Below, in pieces: positions 41,796 through 52,579 of a stretch of 64,000 nt of DNA; the stretch's first letter is position 1, and each line of letters starts with the position of its first letter. The stretch lies in the NCBI GenBank assembly GCA_963676915.2, contig CAXXVK010000053.1, positions 32,001 to 96,000 on the forward strand. Reading direction: 5' to 3'. Both the position numbers and the translations under genes were made by a program. This DNA comes from Myxococcota bacterium. GTDB taxonomy: Bacteria; Myxococcota_A; SURF-8; G963663525. The notes under the pieces are model-generated. The model saw only the letters and a program-made list of their open reading frames with translations. It was not told the origin of the DNA and did no database searches.

Positions 41796-43130
41796 TTAGG
41801 GAGAGAAAACCGTCAGGTCCAGAAAAAAGATCTGTTCGCCGGTATACCTCGGAACGCGACCCATCAATATCAAGCGATCTTGGGCGGAATCGTAGGTCAT
41901 GATACTGCGATGGTTTCCGAAATCCGGACCATCGGGATTGCCATCGAAAGCGCGGTCTCCGTATTCATCCGGTTCGGCCAACGTACTTCCGCCGAAATCG
42001 AGGGTCCAGGCCGCCCAGGAGTCCGATGACGGGTCGTAGGTCCAAAGGTCGTTGTGGTAGTCGTTTTGGGATTCGTCCCAGTAATCCCGCACGGTTGCGC
42101 CACCGAACACAAAAATTTTTCCACGGCTTTCGTTCCAGGCGCAGGAAATTTTTTCACGGGAAGCCAATTCTTCCGGCAGAGCCACGGAAGTAAACGAACC
42201 GTCTTCCGGATTCAGCGTCGTGACCACTCCGGCTGTCACGAGTTCGCCGCTTCCTTGCGGATCGTCGGTCAGGCCACCGAAGGAATACAGCATGTTATTT
42301 GCCACTACAAGGCCATTGCTCGTAACGGGTGGAACGTCGTCCGCAATCAACGTCCACTCGCCTTGATCGATGTCGAGACCATACAGTCGGCTTCCACCAC
42401 CTGTGGGGACGCTGTAGCCGTAGATATACAGGCGTCGATTCGACCAGTCCACGGTGTAGCTGTAATCGATGGCGGAATTGGAAGGTCGCGTGCCCGACAC
42501 GGCAGTCAGACGGCTTTCCCAGGTGCCGTCGCTTTGCTCTTTCAGCCACATCAGGCTGGAACTCTGCGGTCCCAGAATCAGCCATTCCTCTCCGGTTGGA
42601 TCGTAGCCGATGAACTGGCACCAGTCTTCGTCCATACAAAAATTTTCACCGGTGGCAAAGGCGTCTCCCGTCGTGAAAATCCGTTGATGCACTCCCGTTT
42701 CGAGATCCACATGCCAGACATAGGGTTCGTCCGCATTGACCGAATCCCATCCGAAGGCCGTAAGCGCTGCTGTTCCTGTGGAATTACCGGCGAGCATGGG
42801 CCGGTCGATGGCCGTGCGTACCACGTCGCCCTGTTGAATCGGATCATCCAGATGCAGCGCCAGTTTGTTCCATAGATTTTCGTCGGAGGGCTCGAAGTCG
42901 GACTCTTCCGCCTGCTCAGCCTCTTCCGTAACGTCTTGTTCTTCCGCCGGTTCCAGGTCGCTTTCGCTCGATACCTCCGTATCGAATTCTTCGATATCCG
43001 CTCCGACTTCCCGGTCGAGATCTCCTCCGACCGGGGAGGTTGCGTTGTCCGAACTGCATCCGAACGTGAAAAACACGAACGAAACGAAACAAATCGCGAC
43101 CAAAGACACCCATGAAGAATAGAGGCGCAT
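41796..43130 (-). CDS. Kelch/beta-propeller lipoprotein
   Basis: TFGC lipobox, acidic linker, LYIYG/LYSFGG/IFVFGG...NDLWTYDP repeats. Confidence 0.8.
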   Translation of the reverse strand: MRLYSSWVSLVAICFVSFVFFTFGCSSDNATSPVGGDLDREVGADIEEFDTEVSSESDLEPAEEQDVTEEAEQAEESDFEPSDENLWNKLALHLDDPIQQGDVVRTAIDRPMLAGNSTGTAALTAFGWDSVNADEPYVWHVDLETGVHQRIFTTGDAFATGENFCMDEDWCQFIGYDPTGEEWLILGPQSSSLMWLKEQSDGTWESRLTAVSGTRPSNSAIDYSYTVDWSNRRLYIYGYSVPTGGGSRLYGLDIDQGEWTLIADDVPPVTSNGLVVANNMLYSFGGLTDDPQGSGELVTAGVVTTLNPEDGSFTSVALPEELASREKISCAWNESRGKIFVFGGATVRDYWDESQNDYHNDLWTYDPSSDSWAAWTLDFGGSTLAEPDEYGDRAFDGNPDGPDFGNHRSIMTYDSAQDRLILMGRVPRYTGEQIFFLDLTVFSP

Positions 43131-43170
43131 AAAATCTCCTTTAGACCGGATGATTCATAAAAAATCCGGG

Positions 43171-44481
43171 TTAGGACGTGGCTTTGTCTACACCGCCGCT
43201 GATGGCTTTGGCTCCCTTGACCATGTTGTCGAAGAACACGGATCGAAGAGGTTCGATAGCCATGGCGGCTTTGTATACCGAGGTGTTTTCCAGAGCCGAA
43301 ACGATGCGACCCAAGGCACGGTGACTTAGTTTCGTAGGATCGTCGAAAATCAGCGGAGCCAGACGCCCGCGTTCGATGGCCATGGCAATGGTTTTGTCGA
43401 ATACGGTTTCGGGAGTGAACACGCGGCTGGCGCGGGGGGACATCGAAATTGCGCCTTTTTTGCAGGAATTGTAGCAGACGCCGCAGCCCAGGCAGAGTTC
43501 TTCGTCTCGGACGGCCCAGCGTTTTTTCTTGCCGTTTTCTTTGATCGTTTCCTTGATGTCGATGGCTTCGACCGGGCAGGCTTTGGCACATTTTCCGCAG
43601 CCGATGCAGGAGTCCAGGTCGATATCCATGATCCAGTTGGACGATACGATGGCGTTTTTGATGTTGAAGGTACGAATTCCCTGCATCATTCCGCAACAGC
43701 AGCCGCAGCAATTACAGATATAGGTTGGATTGTGCTTCACGTTGTCGGCGGTTTGGGCCAAACCTGCATCTTTGCATTGCTGCAAGATATCAAGAGCTTC
43801 CTTCGTGTCGATTTTCTCGGAGATACCCGATTTGATCAACGCCGCCGCTCCGTAGTTCATCGAAAGGCAGGTACGCATCGGACGCTCGCAGGCATCGCCA
43901 AGATGACTGTGGTGATGGCGGCAGGCGCACAGTCCGACCGAAAGCAGGTCAGCGCCTTCGATCAGCTTCGAGGCTCGTTCCCAATCGAGAATTTCCGAGT
44001 AATTTCCCTGGGGTAAGGCTTCTTCACGAACCAGCGAACGACCGATCTGGGTCTGTCCCTGAAACACCGAATGGGACAGGTCGTCTTCGTGCTTCATGTA
44101 TTGCTCGAAAAGCTCGGCCAACTCCTTCATCGGGGCGTCTTCGCGATGACGCATGAAGGTGAATTCGAAAAAACCGATGATGATCGGCGCCAGCATCACG
44201 AAGCGCCGGTTTTTGTATTCGAGGTCGATCACCAACCCTTTTCCGGCCATACGGGTGACCAGCTCGTCCAGTTTTTCAAGCTCGATTCCCGTCTTTCGGC
44301 TGATATGACCCAACGATTTCGGCGACAGCGGCAGGTTGACGGCGAACGTAGCTTCCTCTTCGTTGAACAACAGCTTCAGGATTTTCATCAAGGTCGGCGA
44401 AGCGGGTGCGCCCGTGACTGTAAGATCCAGATATTGTTGTAGTTTTTCATATTGTTTGTCGGGATTGACGGCGTGACCCAC
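43171..44481 (-). CDS. 4Fe-4S dicluster protein (anaerobe-type, CNCCxCCC motif)
   Basis: CACRH...C....TC, YICNCCGCCCG, CIGCGKCAKACP, CLGCGVCYNSC; GTG start after AAGGAGGA. Confidence 0.85.
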   Translation of the reverse strand: MGHAVNPDKQYEKLQQYLDLTVTGAPASPTLMKILKLLFNEEEATFAVNLPLSPKSLGHISRKTGIELEKLDELVTRMAGKGLVIDLEYKNRRFVMLAPIIIGFFEFTFMRHREDAPMKELAELFEQYMKHEDDLSHSVFQGQTQIGRSLVREEALPQGNYSEILDWERASKLIEGADLLSVGLCACRHHHSHLGDACERPMRTCLSMNYGAAALIKSGISEKIDTKEALDILQQCKDAGLAQTADNVKHNPTYICNCCGCCCGMMQGIRTFNIKNAIVSSNWIMDIDLDSCIGCGKCAKACPVEAIDIKETIKENGKKKRWAVRDEELCLGCGVCYNSCKKGAISMSPRASRVFTPETVFDKTIAMAIERGRLAPLIFDDPTKLSHRALGRIVSALENTSVYKAAMAIEPLRSVFFDNMVKGAKAISGGVDKATS

Positions 44482-44737
44482 CTTGTCCTCCTTGCGCATG
44501 GATGAAACGGGCACCCAGTATACAGGAAAGATCGTTTCATCCAAATGATTTGCGTCCATGAAAAAACCGGGAGAGTGTGATCGATAGACAGCCTTGGGGA
44601 GAGAATTAGGGTGAGAGAATGACCTCCTCTCCGTTGCATTTCGAACCCGAAGCGGGTAACGTGAAATTCGCCTGCCGCCGACTGTCCGTGTAGCAGGTGC
44701 ATCGTATCAACCGGATTGACAATGCCGGAGGACTGTC

Positions 44738-46732
44738 ATGAAGCCGATTCGAGTGGGAGCGGCCAGCCTGAACCAGGTTCCCCTGGACTGGGAAGGAAAC
44801 GCACGACGCATTCTTGCCGTGATCGAACAGGCCAGACAACAGGATATCCGCCTGTTGTGCCTGCCGGAAATGTGTATCTGCGGTTACGGCTGCGAGGACG
44901 CCTTTTTGTCACGCGGCGTACAGCAGACCAGCTTGGAGGTTCTGCGCGAACTTCTGCCGTATACCGAAGATCTTGTGGTGTCCTTCGGGTTGCCGATTCA
45001 GTTACGCAACGCGGTATTCAACACCATGGCTTTGGTGGCGCGGGGTGAAATTCTGGGATTCTCGGCCAAGCGCCATCTGGCGGGCGACGGTATCCACTAC
45101 GAACCTCGGTGGTTCAAGTCCTGGCCTACGGGTCGGGTGGCGCATCTGGAGTGGGAAGGCCAGCACCTTCCGGTGGGGGATCTGCTGTTCGACTGCGGCG
45201 GGGTGCGTATCGGCTTCGAGATTTGCGAAGACGCCTGGGTGGCGGATCGTCCTGGAAGCCGATTGGCCCAAAAAGGCGCGGATCTGATTTTCAATCCGTC
45301 CGCCAGCCATTTCGCATTCGAAAAATCCGCGACACGTGCTCACTACATACTCGACGGTTCGCGAGCCTTCGGTACAGGCTTCGTTTTCGCCAATCTGCTG
45401 GGCAACGAGTCGGGACGCGCCATTTACGACGGCGATACGATGATTGCCCACCTGGGACGTACACTGGCGCGGGGCGAACGGTTTTCCTTCGGGGATTCGG
45501 TACTGACGAGCGCCGTGCTCGATGTCGATTTGGGACGTCTCAAGCAAAGCCGCATGGTCAGTTTCACACCGGACCTGGACGACAATTCACCGGACGTGGT
45601 GCGGATCGATTTCGAGTATCCCGACCTTCCCCCGCAAAAAACGAAGGATTCGTCTTCGGACTGGGAAACCGGAAAACATCTGAAGGAAGAGGAATTCGCT
45701 CGTGCCGTCGCGTTGGGTTTGTTCGACTACCTGCGCAAAAGCCATTCGCGGGGATTCGTGGTATCGATCAGCGGTGGTGCGGACTCGGCGGCCGTGTCTT
45801 GCCTCGTCGGGTTGATGGTGCGTTTCGCGACGAAAGAACTGGGGCTGGAGGAATTCAAGAAAAAGCTGAGCTATATCGAGTCGTTACAGCATGCAACAAA
45901 CGAAGCCGAGGCGACCGGAGCCTTGCTGACCTGCGTGTACCAGGGAACGCGCCATAGTTCCGATACGACCTACAATGCCGCAAAAGGCGTGGCCGAAGCC
46001 ATTGGGGCGCGTTTTGCTCGTTTCGATGTGGACGGCCTCGTACGGGAGTATACGCAACTGGCCGAGAACCTGGAAGGCCGCGAACTGACCTGGGAACGCG
46101 ACGACCTCGCCTTGCAGAACATTCAGGCAAGGGTTCGGGGACCGGGAGCGTGGATGCTGGCAAACCTCCACGGAGCCTTGCTGCTCGCCACCTCCAACCG
46201 TTCCGAGGCTGCCGTGGGGTATGCCACGATGGACGGCGACACCTGCGGAGGACTTAGTCCCATCGCGGGAATCGACAAAAACTACCTGCGTCGCTGGCTT
46301 GTCTGGCTCGAACAGGAGGGACCGGAAGGTCTGGAAGCGCTTCCGGCGCTAGAAGCCGTCACGAAACAGGCTCCGACCGCCGAGTTGAAACCCAAGGAAT
46401 TCGAGCAGACCGACGAAGGCGACTTGATGCCGTACGATCTGCTCGACGCCATCGAGCGGGCGGCCATCCGGGACAAAATGATGCCGTTGGAGGTGTTTCG
46501 CGCTCTGAGGGGAGAGTTTCACGCCATCGAGGCGGAACGTCTGGCGGCGTGGATCGAACGCTTTTTTACGCTATGGTGCCGAAATCAGTGGAAAAGAGAG
46601 CGCTACGCTCCGGGATTTCATCTGGACGACGAAAATCTGGACCCGAAAACCTGGTGTCGTTTCCCGATTCTGTCCGGCGGATTCCAGAGGGAATTGAAGG
46701 CGCTTCGAGCCTTCGTATCCAAGGAAGACTAG
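44738..46732 (+). CDS. nadE: Glutamine-dependent NAD+ synthetase
   Basis: Nitrilase domain (LPEM, K, EICED), SGGADS, QNIQARVR, SNRSE..VGYATMDGD, APTAEL, QTDE. Confidence 0.96.
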   Translation: MKPIRVGAASLNQVPLDWEGNARRILAVIEQARQQDIRLLCLPEMCICGYGCEDAFLSRGVQQTSLEVLRELLPYTEDLVVSFGLPIQLRNAVFNTMALVARGEILGFSAKRHLAGDGIHYEPRWFKSWPTGRVAHLEWEGQHLPVGDLLFDCGGVRIGFEICEDAWVADRPGSRLAQKGADLIFNPSASHFAFEKSATRAHYILDGSRAFGTGFVFANLLGNESGRAIYDGDTMIAHLGRTLARGERFSFGDSVLTSAVLDVDLGRLKQSRMVSFTPDLDDNSPDVVRIDFEYPDLPPQKTKDSSSDWETGKHLKEEEFARAVALGLFDYLRKSHSRGFVVSISGGADSAAVSCLVGLMVRFATKELGLEEFKKKLSYIESLQHATNEAEATGALLTCVYQGTRHSSDTTYNAAKGVAEAIGARFARFDVDGLVREYTQLAENLEGRELTWERDDLALQNIQARVRGPGAWMLANLHGALLLATSNRSEAAVGYATMDGDTCGGLSPIAGIDKNYLRRWLVWLEQEGPEGLEALPALEAVTKQAPTAELKPKEFEQTDEGDLMPYDLLDAIERAAIRDKMMPLEVFRALRGEFHAIEAERLAAWIERFFTLWCRNQWKRERYAPGFHLDDENLDPKTWCRFPILSGGFQRELKALRAFVSKED

Positions 46733-46735
46733 AGC

Positions 46736-47434
46736 ATGTTTCCACGACTCGTGCTGTTCGATATCGATTTGACGCTGATTCGCTCGACCTTGCCCAAAGG
46801 ACCGGGAATGACCGCGTTAAGCGAAATTTTTCGGGAACTTACCGGTTTCGAGGGCGAACCTCGTCTGCCCATACCGGACGGCCAGACCGACCCGATCCTC
46901 GTACGGCAGCTTTTCGAAATGAATGGCGAATCCTACGACGACTCGTTGTACGAAACCGTCATGTCCCGCTATTTTCCACGTCTGGAAAAGGCTTTGGCGA
47001 CAAATGAAGCCATACGTCTGTTGCCCGGTGTACGGGAGTTGCTCGACGAACTCTCCCGCCGCCCGGAGTTTTATACCGGGATCGTCACCGGCAACGACCT
47101 GCGCGGCGCGATCATCAAACTGACACCCTTTTCTTTACGGGAGTATTTTCCGGTAGGCACCTACGGATCGGATTCGACCGATCGGGGCGAGCTTGTGACT
47201 CTCGCCATGCAGCGCGCCCAATCCCACTACAAACAGGAATTCTTGCCTGAATTCACTTTCATGATCGGCGACAGTATCAACGACATTCTCGCCGCGAAAC
47301 AGGCCGGAGTTCGGGGAATAGGCGTATTGACCGGTCACGCCAGCGAAAAGGATCTGAAACAGGTCGGACCGTGCCAGGTTGTGACGGATTTGTCGAATAC
47401 GGAACAAATGCTGGATCTGTTATCGGATCGATAA
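46736..47434 (+). CDS. HAD-superfamily hydrolase
   Basis: LFDIDLTL, GQTD, VTGN, K, IGDSIND. Confidence 0.9.
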   Translation: MFPRLVLFDIDLTLIRSTLPKGPGMTALSEIFRELTGFEGEPRLPIPDGQTDPILVRQLFEMNGESYDDSLYETVMSRYFPRLEKALATNEAIRLLPGVRELLDELSRRPEFYTGIVTGNDLRGAIIKLTPFSLREYFPVGTYGSDSTDRGELVTLAMQRAQSHYKQEFLPEFTFMIGDSINDILAAKQAGVRGIGVLTGHASEKDLKQVGPCQVVTDLSNTEQMLDLLSDR

Positions 47435-47463
47435 CACGGAAATTTTTTTGCTGGGAATCTCTC

Positions 47464-47490
47464 GTAGGTCGGGCAAATTTCTTGCCCGAC
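47464..47490 (+). repeat. GTAG-type REP-like palindrome
   Basis: GTAGGTCGGGCAA-ATTTC-TTGCCCGAC; shares the GTAGGTCGGG head with the 27458-27483 unit. Confidence 0.7.
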
Positions 47491-47538
47491 AACTTGGGGA
47501 ACCATCACCAAGCGAATCATTGGACATCGCCGGGGCGA

Positions 47539-47781
47539 TCAGGAACGTTTTTTCTCTGCCGGATTAAGCACTTCGAGCTTGTTTTTGAATTGGATCAGCC
47601 GCACGGCGCTACCGATCAGCGGCGACACGATGCCGACCATCAGCGAACCCCAAATCAATGCCGTAACATCCATACCCAGCGAACTGGAATTGGGATTGTA
47701 GCCGAACCGAGCGCAACGAACACCTTTGGAACGCGAGGATTTCCACGGTTCGAACTTCTGTGGGCAGGAGGGAGCGGACAT
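47539..47781 (-). CDS. Possible small membrane protein or gene fragment
   Basis: GGAGG RBS before MSAPSC; one hydrophobic segment; no recognisable family. Confidence 0.3.
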   Translation of the reverse strand: MSAPSCPQKFEPWKSSRSKGVRCARFGYNPNSSSLGMDVTALIWGSLMVGIVSPLIGSAVRLIQFKNKLEVLNPAEKKRS

Positions 47782-47986
47782 CGAACATTCCTCCACGAAA
47801 ATCGTTTCAAATCGTGTATCAGTCATCAATTCAATGGAGCGGGAAATTTTATACCACAGCTTCCGTGTCAGCGCAAATCGGAGCGACATTTTTTCTGTGG
47901 AGGAAATCTTTTTGTGAGAATTTGGAATCCCCCCTGATGGACGGGGATTGTATTCCCGTTCTCATGTTTTCTTCAAAACAAAACAA

Positions 47987-48013
47987 AAAGAGCAGGATGC
48001 TATCCTGCTCTTT
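47987..48013 (-). terminator. Intrinsic terminator downstream of the metallophosphoesterase gene
   Basis: AAAGAGCAGGAT-GCT-ATCCTGCTCTTT hairpin followed by a T-rich tract on the minus strand. Confidence 0.75.
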
Positions 48014-48070
48014 CGATGATAAAACACTTTGATTTCAATGGGTTGAAGATTTATCCTCACATTCAGACGT

Positions 48071-49435
48071 TTACTTTTCACCTTGGTACGATGGTGAATC
48101 GGGGTCGATGGGCGGGTCGGGAAGATTTTCCATCGGGCCTTCGTCGGTGTATGCGCCGTACTCGTCGTCGGTGAGTTCCACCCAATCGAACAGCGTTCCG
48201 TCGAGGTCGTAGGCCGAGATTCGCACCTTGTCGCATCCCACTTCCATGTGCAGGTAATGATGGACGTAATTCACCACGGAGACCTGGGGCAGGTCCACGC
48301 ACCAGGAATCCAGGCCACCACCGCCACCACCGGCAATAATGGTGAGAAGGTTGTCACTTTTACCGCGCTCGTAGCCGTGCATGTGGCCCGAGAAATGGGC
48401 GTGGAATCCGTATTCGTTCAGCAGAGGATACAACCAACCCCGGATCGGCAGGTCGCCGCCGTAGCTTTCGCAGATGGCATCCCCCCAGGCTTCCGCATAA
48501 CCCGGTACGTGACTGATCGCGAACCGCCATTTTGCGGCCTGGGCTTCCGGTGAAGCCACCTGTTCATGAACGAAAGCGGAGATCGGTGTATCGGCATCGA
48601 GGATGGGGAAATAGGGTTTGTCGGTGTCGATCACCAGGAAAAAGGCGTTTCCGTACGTGAAACTGTAAAACGATTCATGCTGAGGATCGTCCTCCGGGTG
48701 GGGGAAGGACATCAGGTCGTACCAGTTCTGATGATTGCGGGCATGGTTGCCGATGGCGGCATAAAAGCCCACTTCATGCAAAAGCCCGCGCGCCGGGCCG
48801 AACAGGCGTTCTTCCCACTGGTAGTACTCGCCGCCCTCGGAAACGTGATCGCCCATTCCCACCGCCAGATAGGGTTGGTGAGCGATCATGCGCGCCACAT
48901 GTTGTGCGAAGATGTCCGGGTTGTCCTGGCTGTCTCCCCACATCGTAACGCTGAATCCCTGATCGGATGCGGGGGCGGTGTAAAAATGGTGGATGGCGGA
49001 CATCCGCTCGCCGGATTGAACCTGATAGCTGTAGCGAGTGTCGGGAGTCAAGCCTTCCAACAGAATCTCGTGAACGTTGGACACGCCATCCTGGGAAACG
49101 GTGAGGTCGGGAGTATCGCCCGTTCCGTAATGCACGGTTCCGTCCTCTTCATCCACGGTGCGCCACATGACGATGATGCTGGTCTGTTGCGGTTGCATCA
49201 GATAGGGACCAAGCTCGAAGGTTTCGTCGGGTTGATCGTCCAGTTCGCGAGGTGGCACGGGACTGGTGCAATTCGAAACCTCTTCGATGTCTTGCTCGCT
49301 TTGCAGTTCCTCTTCGGTATCGGTATCTCCATCCAGAGGGTCGCCGTTCGGGGAATCGTCCGAGTTGCAGGCCGTCACAAAGATAAGAGGAAGGGAAAAC
49401 AGAAGAAGTGTAAAGAGGATGTGTCGGATTTTCAT
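48071..49435 (-). CDS. Purple acid phosphatase-like metallophosphoesterase lipoprotein (FN3 plus phosphoesterase)
   Basis: VTAC lipobox, DGDTDTEEE linker, GPYL, WGDSQ, GD, IGNH, HVP, SGHMHGYER. Confidence 0.9.
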   Translation of the reverse strand: MKIRHILFTLLLFSLPLIFVTACNSDDSPNGDPLDGDTDTEEELQSEQDIEEVSNCTSPVPPRELDDQPDETFELGPYLMQPQQTSIIVMWRTVDEEDGTVHYGTGDTPDLTVSQDGVSNVHEILLEGLTPDTRYSYQVQSGERMSAIHHFYTAPASDQGFSVTMWGDSQDNPDIFAQHVARMIAHQPYLAVGMGDHVSEGGEYYQWEERLFGPARGLLHEVGFYAAIGNHARNHQNWYDLMSFPHPEDDPQHESFYSFTYGNAFFLVIDTDKPYFPILDADTPISAFVHEQVASPEAQAAKWRFAISHVPGYAEAWGDAICESYGGDLPIRGWLYPLLNEYGFHAHFSGHMHGYERGKSDNLLTIIAGGGGGGLDSWCVDLPQVSVVNYVHHYLHMEVGCDKVRISAYDLDGTLFDWVELTDDEYGAYTDEGPMENLPDPPIDPDSPSYQGEK

Positions 49436-50164
49436 GGAACCTTCCTGAGTCTGTTAGTTTTTCGTTAGATGGCATCTTTTTTGAAAATATGCAAGGAGAT
49501 GCGGCAGCTTGGCGGTGTGAAAACACAAAAATCCGTGCCGTCGATGCGGATTTCGTTTCGATACAAAACATGTGGAGCAGGGTCGGGATACCTATCGAAT
49601 TTCTAGAATGGCACTATTTTGTGACGCACTCCTCACCCTGTCCTCAAAATGAAAACGGGACATCCCCCGAAAAACCGTATTGCGATTTTGTATCTGGTAG
49701 TAAATACAGTGCTTTTCGAATTTCAAACGTAAAAATGATTATTTCATGTAAAAGCTATTTATTTACAAATCAAAACTTCAGGGTGCCACGGTCTTCGATT
49801 CGAAGAATCGATGGCCGCGCAAGTACCTGGAATCTCACGGCCATTGCCCTTCGGCCAAAAACCGTGCCACCCATGGTTGTGTACAAGCTTTGAAAAAATG
49901 GGGAAAGTCCTGTCAAAATGAAAATCATTGAAAAAAATCGCGACTTTCGGTACGCTTGAATGAGTGTGATGTTGCAAAACACTTCGGATTGAAGACATCC
50001 GGGCACCGAAAGCACCCCGTTTTCGGCGCGGACGGATTGTTTTGCATTTCACAGGATTCGGAAGTGACGGTTTCGTGCACAATCGAAACCGTTTCGAACG
50101 GATCCGGTAGAAGTTTCAAACCACTTAAGGTATTGGGGGACTTTCAGGAAAACGGAATTTCATC

Positions 50165-52471
50165 GTGTTCGAACCGAAACGATATGGCTCGTATCTCCTG
50201 TTGGAGAAAATGAGCACTGGGGGAATGGCTGAGATTTTCCGCGCTGTGTCCCAGCGTCCGGACAAATCGAACCGGCTTCTCGTCATCAAGCGGATTCTTC
50301 CCTACATTTCCCAGCAGCCTGGGTTCGAGCAGATGTTCATCGACGAGGCGGACATCGCCGGAAACCTCCGACACGAAAACATCATTCGTATCTACGATCT
50401 GGGAAAAATCGACGACACGATTTTCATGGCGCTTGAACATGTTGCCGGAAAAGACCTGCGGCAGATTTTCGATTTCGTCCGAGTTTCCGGTACGCCGATT
50501 CCTTTCGCCATAAGTGCATATGTTACCGCTCAAATCGCTCGCGGACTCGATTTCGCCCACACCTATCGTGACGAGAAAGGCCGCTCCCTGAACATCGTGC
50601 ATCGCGACATTTCACCACCGAACCTGTTGGTTTCCTTCGATGGTGAGGTCAAGCTGATCGATTTCGGAATCGCCAAAGCCACGAAAAAGATCAATCGCAC
50701 CAAAGCCGGGATTTTAAAGGGAAAATTCGGCTACATGTCCCCGGAACAAGTGCAAGGAATGGAGATCGACGGCCGCTCCGATGTCTTTGCGCTGGGGATC
50801 GTGCTGTGGGAAATGCTGGCCCATAAACATCTGTTCATCGGGGACAGCGAATACGACACTTTGCAGCGCATCAAAAAAGCCAACGTGATGATCCCCTCCA
50901 CGTTCAACCCGAGCGTACCGCCCGAGTTGGACATGATCGTCATGCGCGCCTTGAAAAAAGACCTCGACCGCCGCTATGCCTCGGCGGCGGATTTCGCCAA
51001 TGCTTTGGAAGATTACCTGCTTTATCACGAGCAGGGTTTCGGACGAGAGCAAGTGGCAAACTGGATGCTGGATCATTTCGAATCCGAGGCGATGGAAGCC
51101 GACACCAAAAAGGAAAAAGCCTTACGGATCGATATTGAAAAATATTTTCGCGGTGAGACGGAATCCACTGAAGAGGAAATCACACCGACCTACAAAAAAC
51201 GTCTGGCCGAAGCTGCGAAGGAAGAAATCGTTTTACGTCGTCGCGATCCGAGCGAGTACGAAATCAGTGACGGCATCCACGAGCAAGACACCCAGCCTAT
51301 AGGTTCGCACGAAGGAGGAGCTACCTATCCACTGGAGGCAGATTTCGAACATGGGATTCCTCGGACAGCCCACTCTATCCCCGGCTCCCAGGCCAATTCC
51401 CGGCCAGAGCGACCCGTACCGGTTGCCGAGGTCGTGCAAACGACTCGACCTTCCGAACCTCAACCCCAGACTCTACCGGAAATTGTCGAAGAAATACCGC
51501 AGCTTTCGCCACCCGAAAGCGTGGAAGTGTTCCCGGCAAGCGAGCCTGAACCCACTGTGGCTCCAGCAAAACAACCGGAGGGTTCATCCTCTGAAAGCCA
51601 GGAAGTGCTCACGGCTCGCAAGCATGAAACTCCTACGGAGCCCGTAAAACAACATCAGGCTTCATCCTCCGGAAGTGCAGAAGTACTCACGGCGAGGAAA
51701 TCGAAGACTCCTTCGGCTCCTGCAAAACAAGCGCAGGTTTCATCTTCCGAAAGCGGGGAAGTACTCACGGCTCGCAAACCCGAAACACCCGTAGCTCAAG
51801 AGAAATCTCAACAGATTCCGTCCTCCGAAAGCGGGGAAGTCCTTACAGCTCGCAAGCCCGAGCCTCAATCCAAACCACAATCCACGATAGAGATTCCCAA
51901 GGAGAAACAGCAGGTTCCGGCGTCCGATAGCGGGGAAGTGCTCACGGCCCGCAAGCCACAGACGCGACCACCGTCTCAGACATCGCTTCCCGTTCAACGA
52001 CCGATTCTGAAGTCCAGTTCCATTAGCGGGGAAATCCGTACCGCACGAAAAATGGAACCGAAGAACGAGGTCTATTCTGCACGAAAACGACCCCCTACCC
52101 AGACAACACACGTTGTGGAATACCCTGAAATTATTGAGGAAGCACCACAAGAACCTGAAGAGAAACCTACCCGCAAACCCGAAGGTAAAACCAGCCCGGA
52201 ACCGTTCGAACTTCTTCTTTCCGGCGATGCGACTCTGGATGAAACGGAAGATTTACGGTCCGTACAACCAGAGACCCTGAAAGAATCCGAAAACAAAGCG
52301 GAAGAATGGTTTTTCTCCGAAGAAAATTCAGCCAACACTCCAAAAGAACCTGTTTGGGATCGCCGGAAAGTGATCGAGCAGGGCGAAAATCTGCTCTTTT
52401 ATGTTGGAGGAGCAACGCTTGTAGGTCTGATCGTTTTTGTCGTCTGGGTGCTGTTTTACGGAACGTCGTAA
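50165..52471 (+). CDS. Hanks-type Ser/Thr protein kinase with a long repeat-containing linker and C-terminal TM
   Basis: GGMAEIF, VIKRILP, HRDISPPN, DFGIAK, GKFGYMSPEQ, DGRSDVF; C-terminal hydrophobic helix. Confidence 0.95.
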   Translation: MFEPKRYGSYLLLEKMSTGGMAEIFRAVSQRPDKSNRLLVIKRILPYISQQPGFEQMFIDEADIAGNLRHENIIRIYDLGKIDDTIFMALEHVAGKDLRQIFDFVRVSGTPIPFAISAYVTAQIARGLDFAHTYRDEKGRSLNIVHRDISPPNLLVSFDGEVKLIDFGIAKATKKINRTKAGILKGKFGYMSPEQVQGMEIDGRSDVFALGIVLWEMLAHKHLFIGDSEYDTLQRIKKANVMIPSTFNPSVPPELDMIVMRALKKDLDRRYASAADFANALEDYLLYHEQGFGREQVANWMLDHFESEAMEADTKKEKALRIDIEKYFRGETESTEEEITPTYKKRLAEAAKEEIVLRRRDPSEYEISDGIHEQDTQPIGSHEGGATYPLEADFEHGIPRTAHSIPGSQANSRPERPVPVAEVVQTTRPSEPQPQTLPEIVEEIPQLSPPESVEVFPASEPEPTVAPAKQPEGSSSESQEVLTARKHETPTEPVKQHQASSSGSAEVLTARKSKTPSAPAKQAQVSSSESGEVLTARKPETPVAQEKSQQIPSSESGEVLTARKPEPQSKPQSTIEIPKEKQQVPASDSGEVLTARKPQTRPPSQTSLPVQRPILKSSSISGEIRTARKMEPKNEVYSARKRPPTQTTHVVEYPEIIEEAPQEPEEKPTRKPEGKTSPEPFELLLSGDATLDETEDLRSVQPETLKESENKAEEWFFSEENSANTPKEPVWDRRKVIEQGENLLFYVGGATLVGLIVFVVWVLFYGTS
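51584..52087 (+). repeat. Seven imperfect peptide repeats (S)SxSGEVLTARK within the kinase
   Basis: SSESQEVLTARK, SSGSAEVLTARK, SSESGEVLTARK x2, ASDSGEVLTARK, SSISGEIRTARK, NEVYSARK. Confidence 0.9.
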
Positions 52472-52579
52472 ACACGGAAGATAACTATAGCCGTGAATAT
52501 TTGGCACTAGCGATAGAGAACCGTGGAAACGACGGCTGCCATCTCCCATAAAGCCAAACAACATCTTCTATAATTCCAG

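Noticed and set aside
49436-50164. 730-nt divergent intergenic region as an ncRNA or small-gene locus
   Set aside because: Only short palindromes and weak ORFs are present, with no recognisable RNA family.
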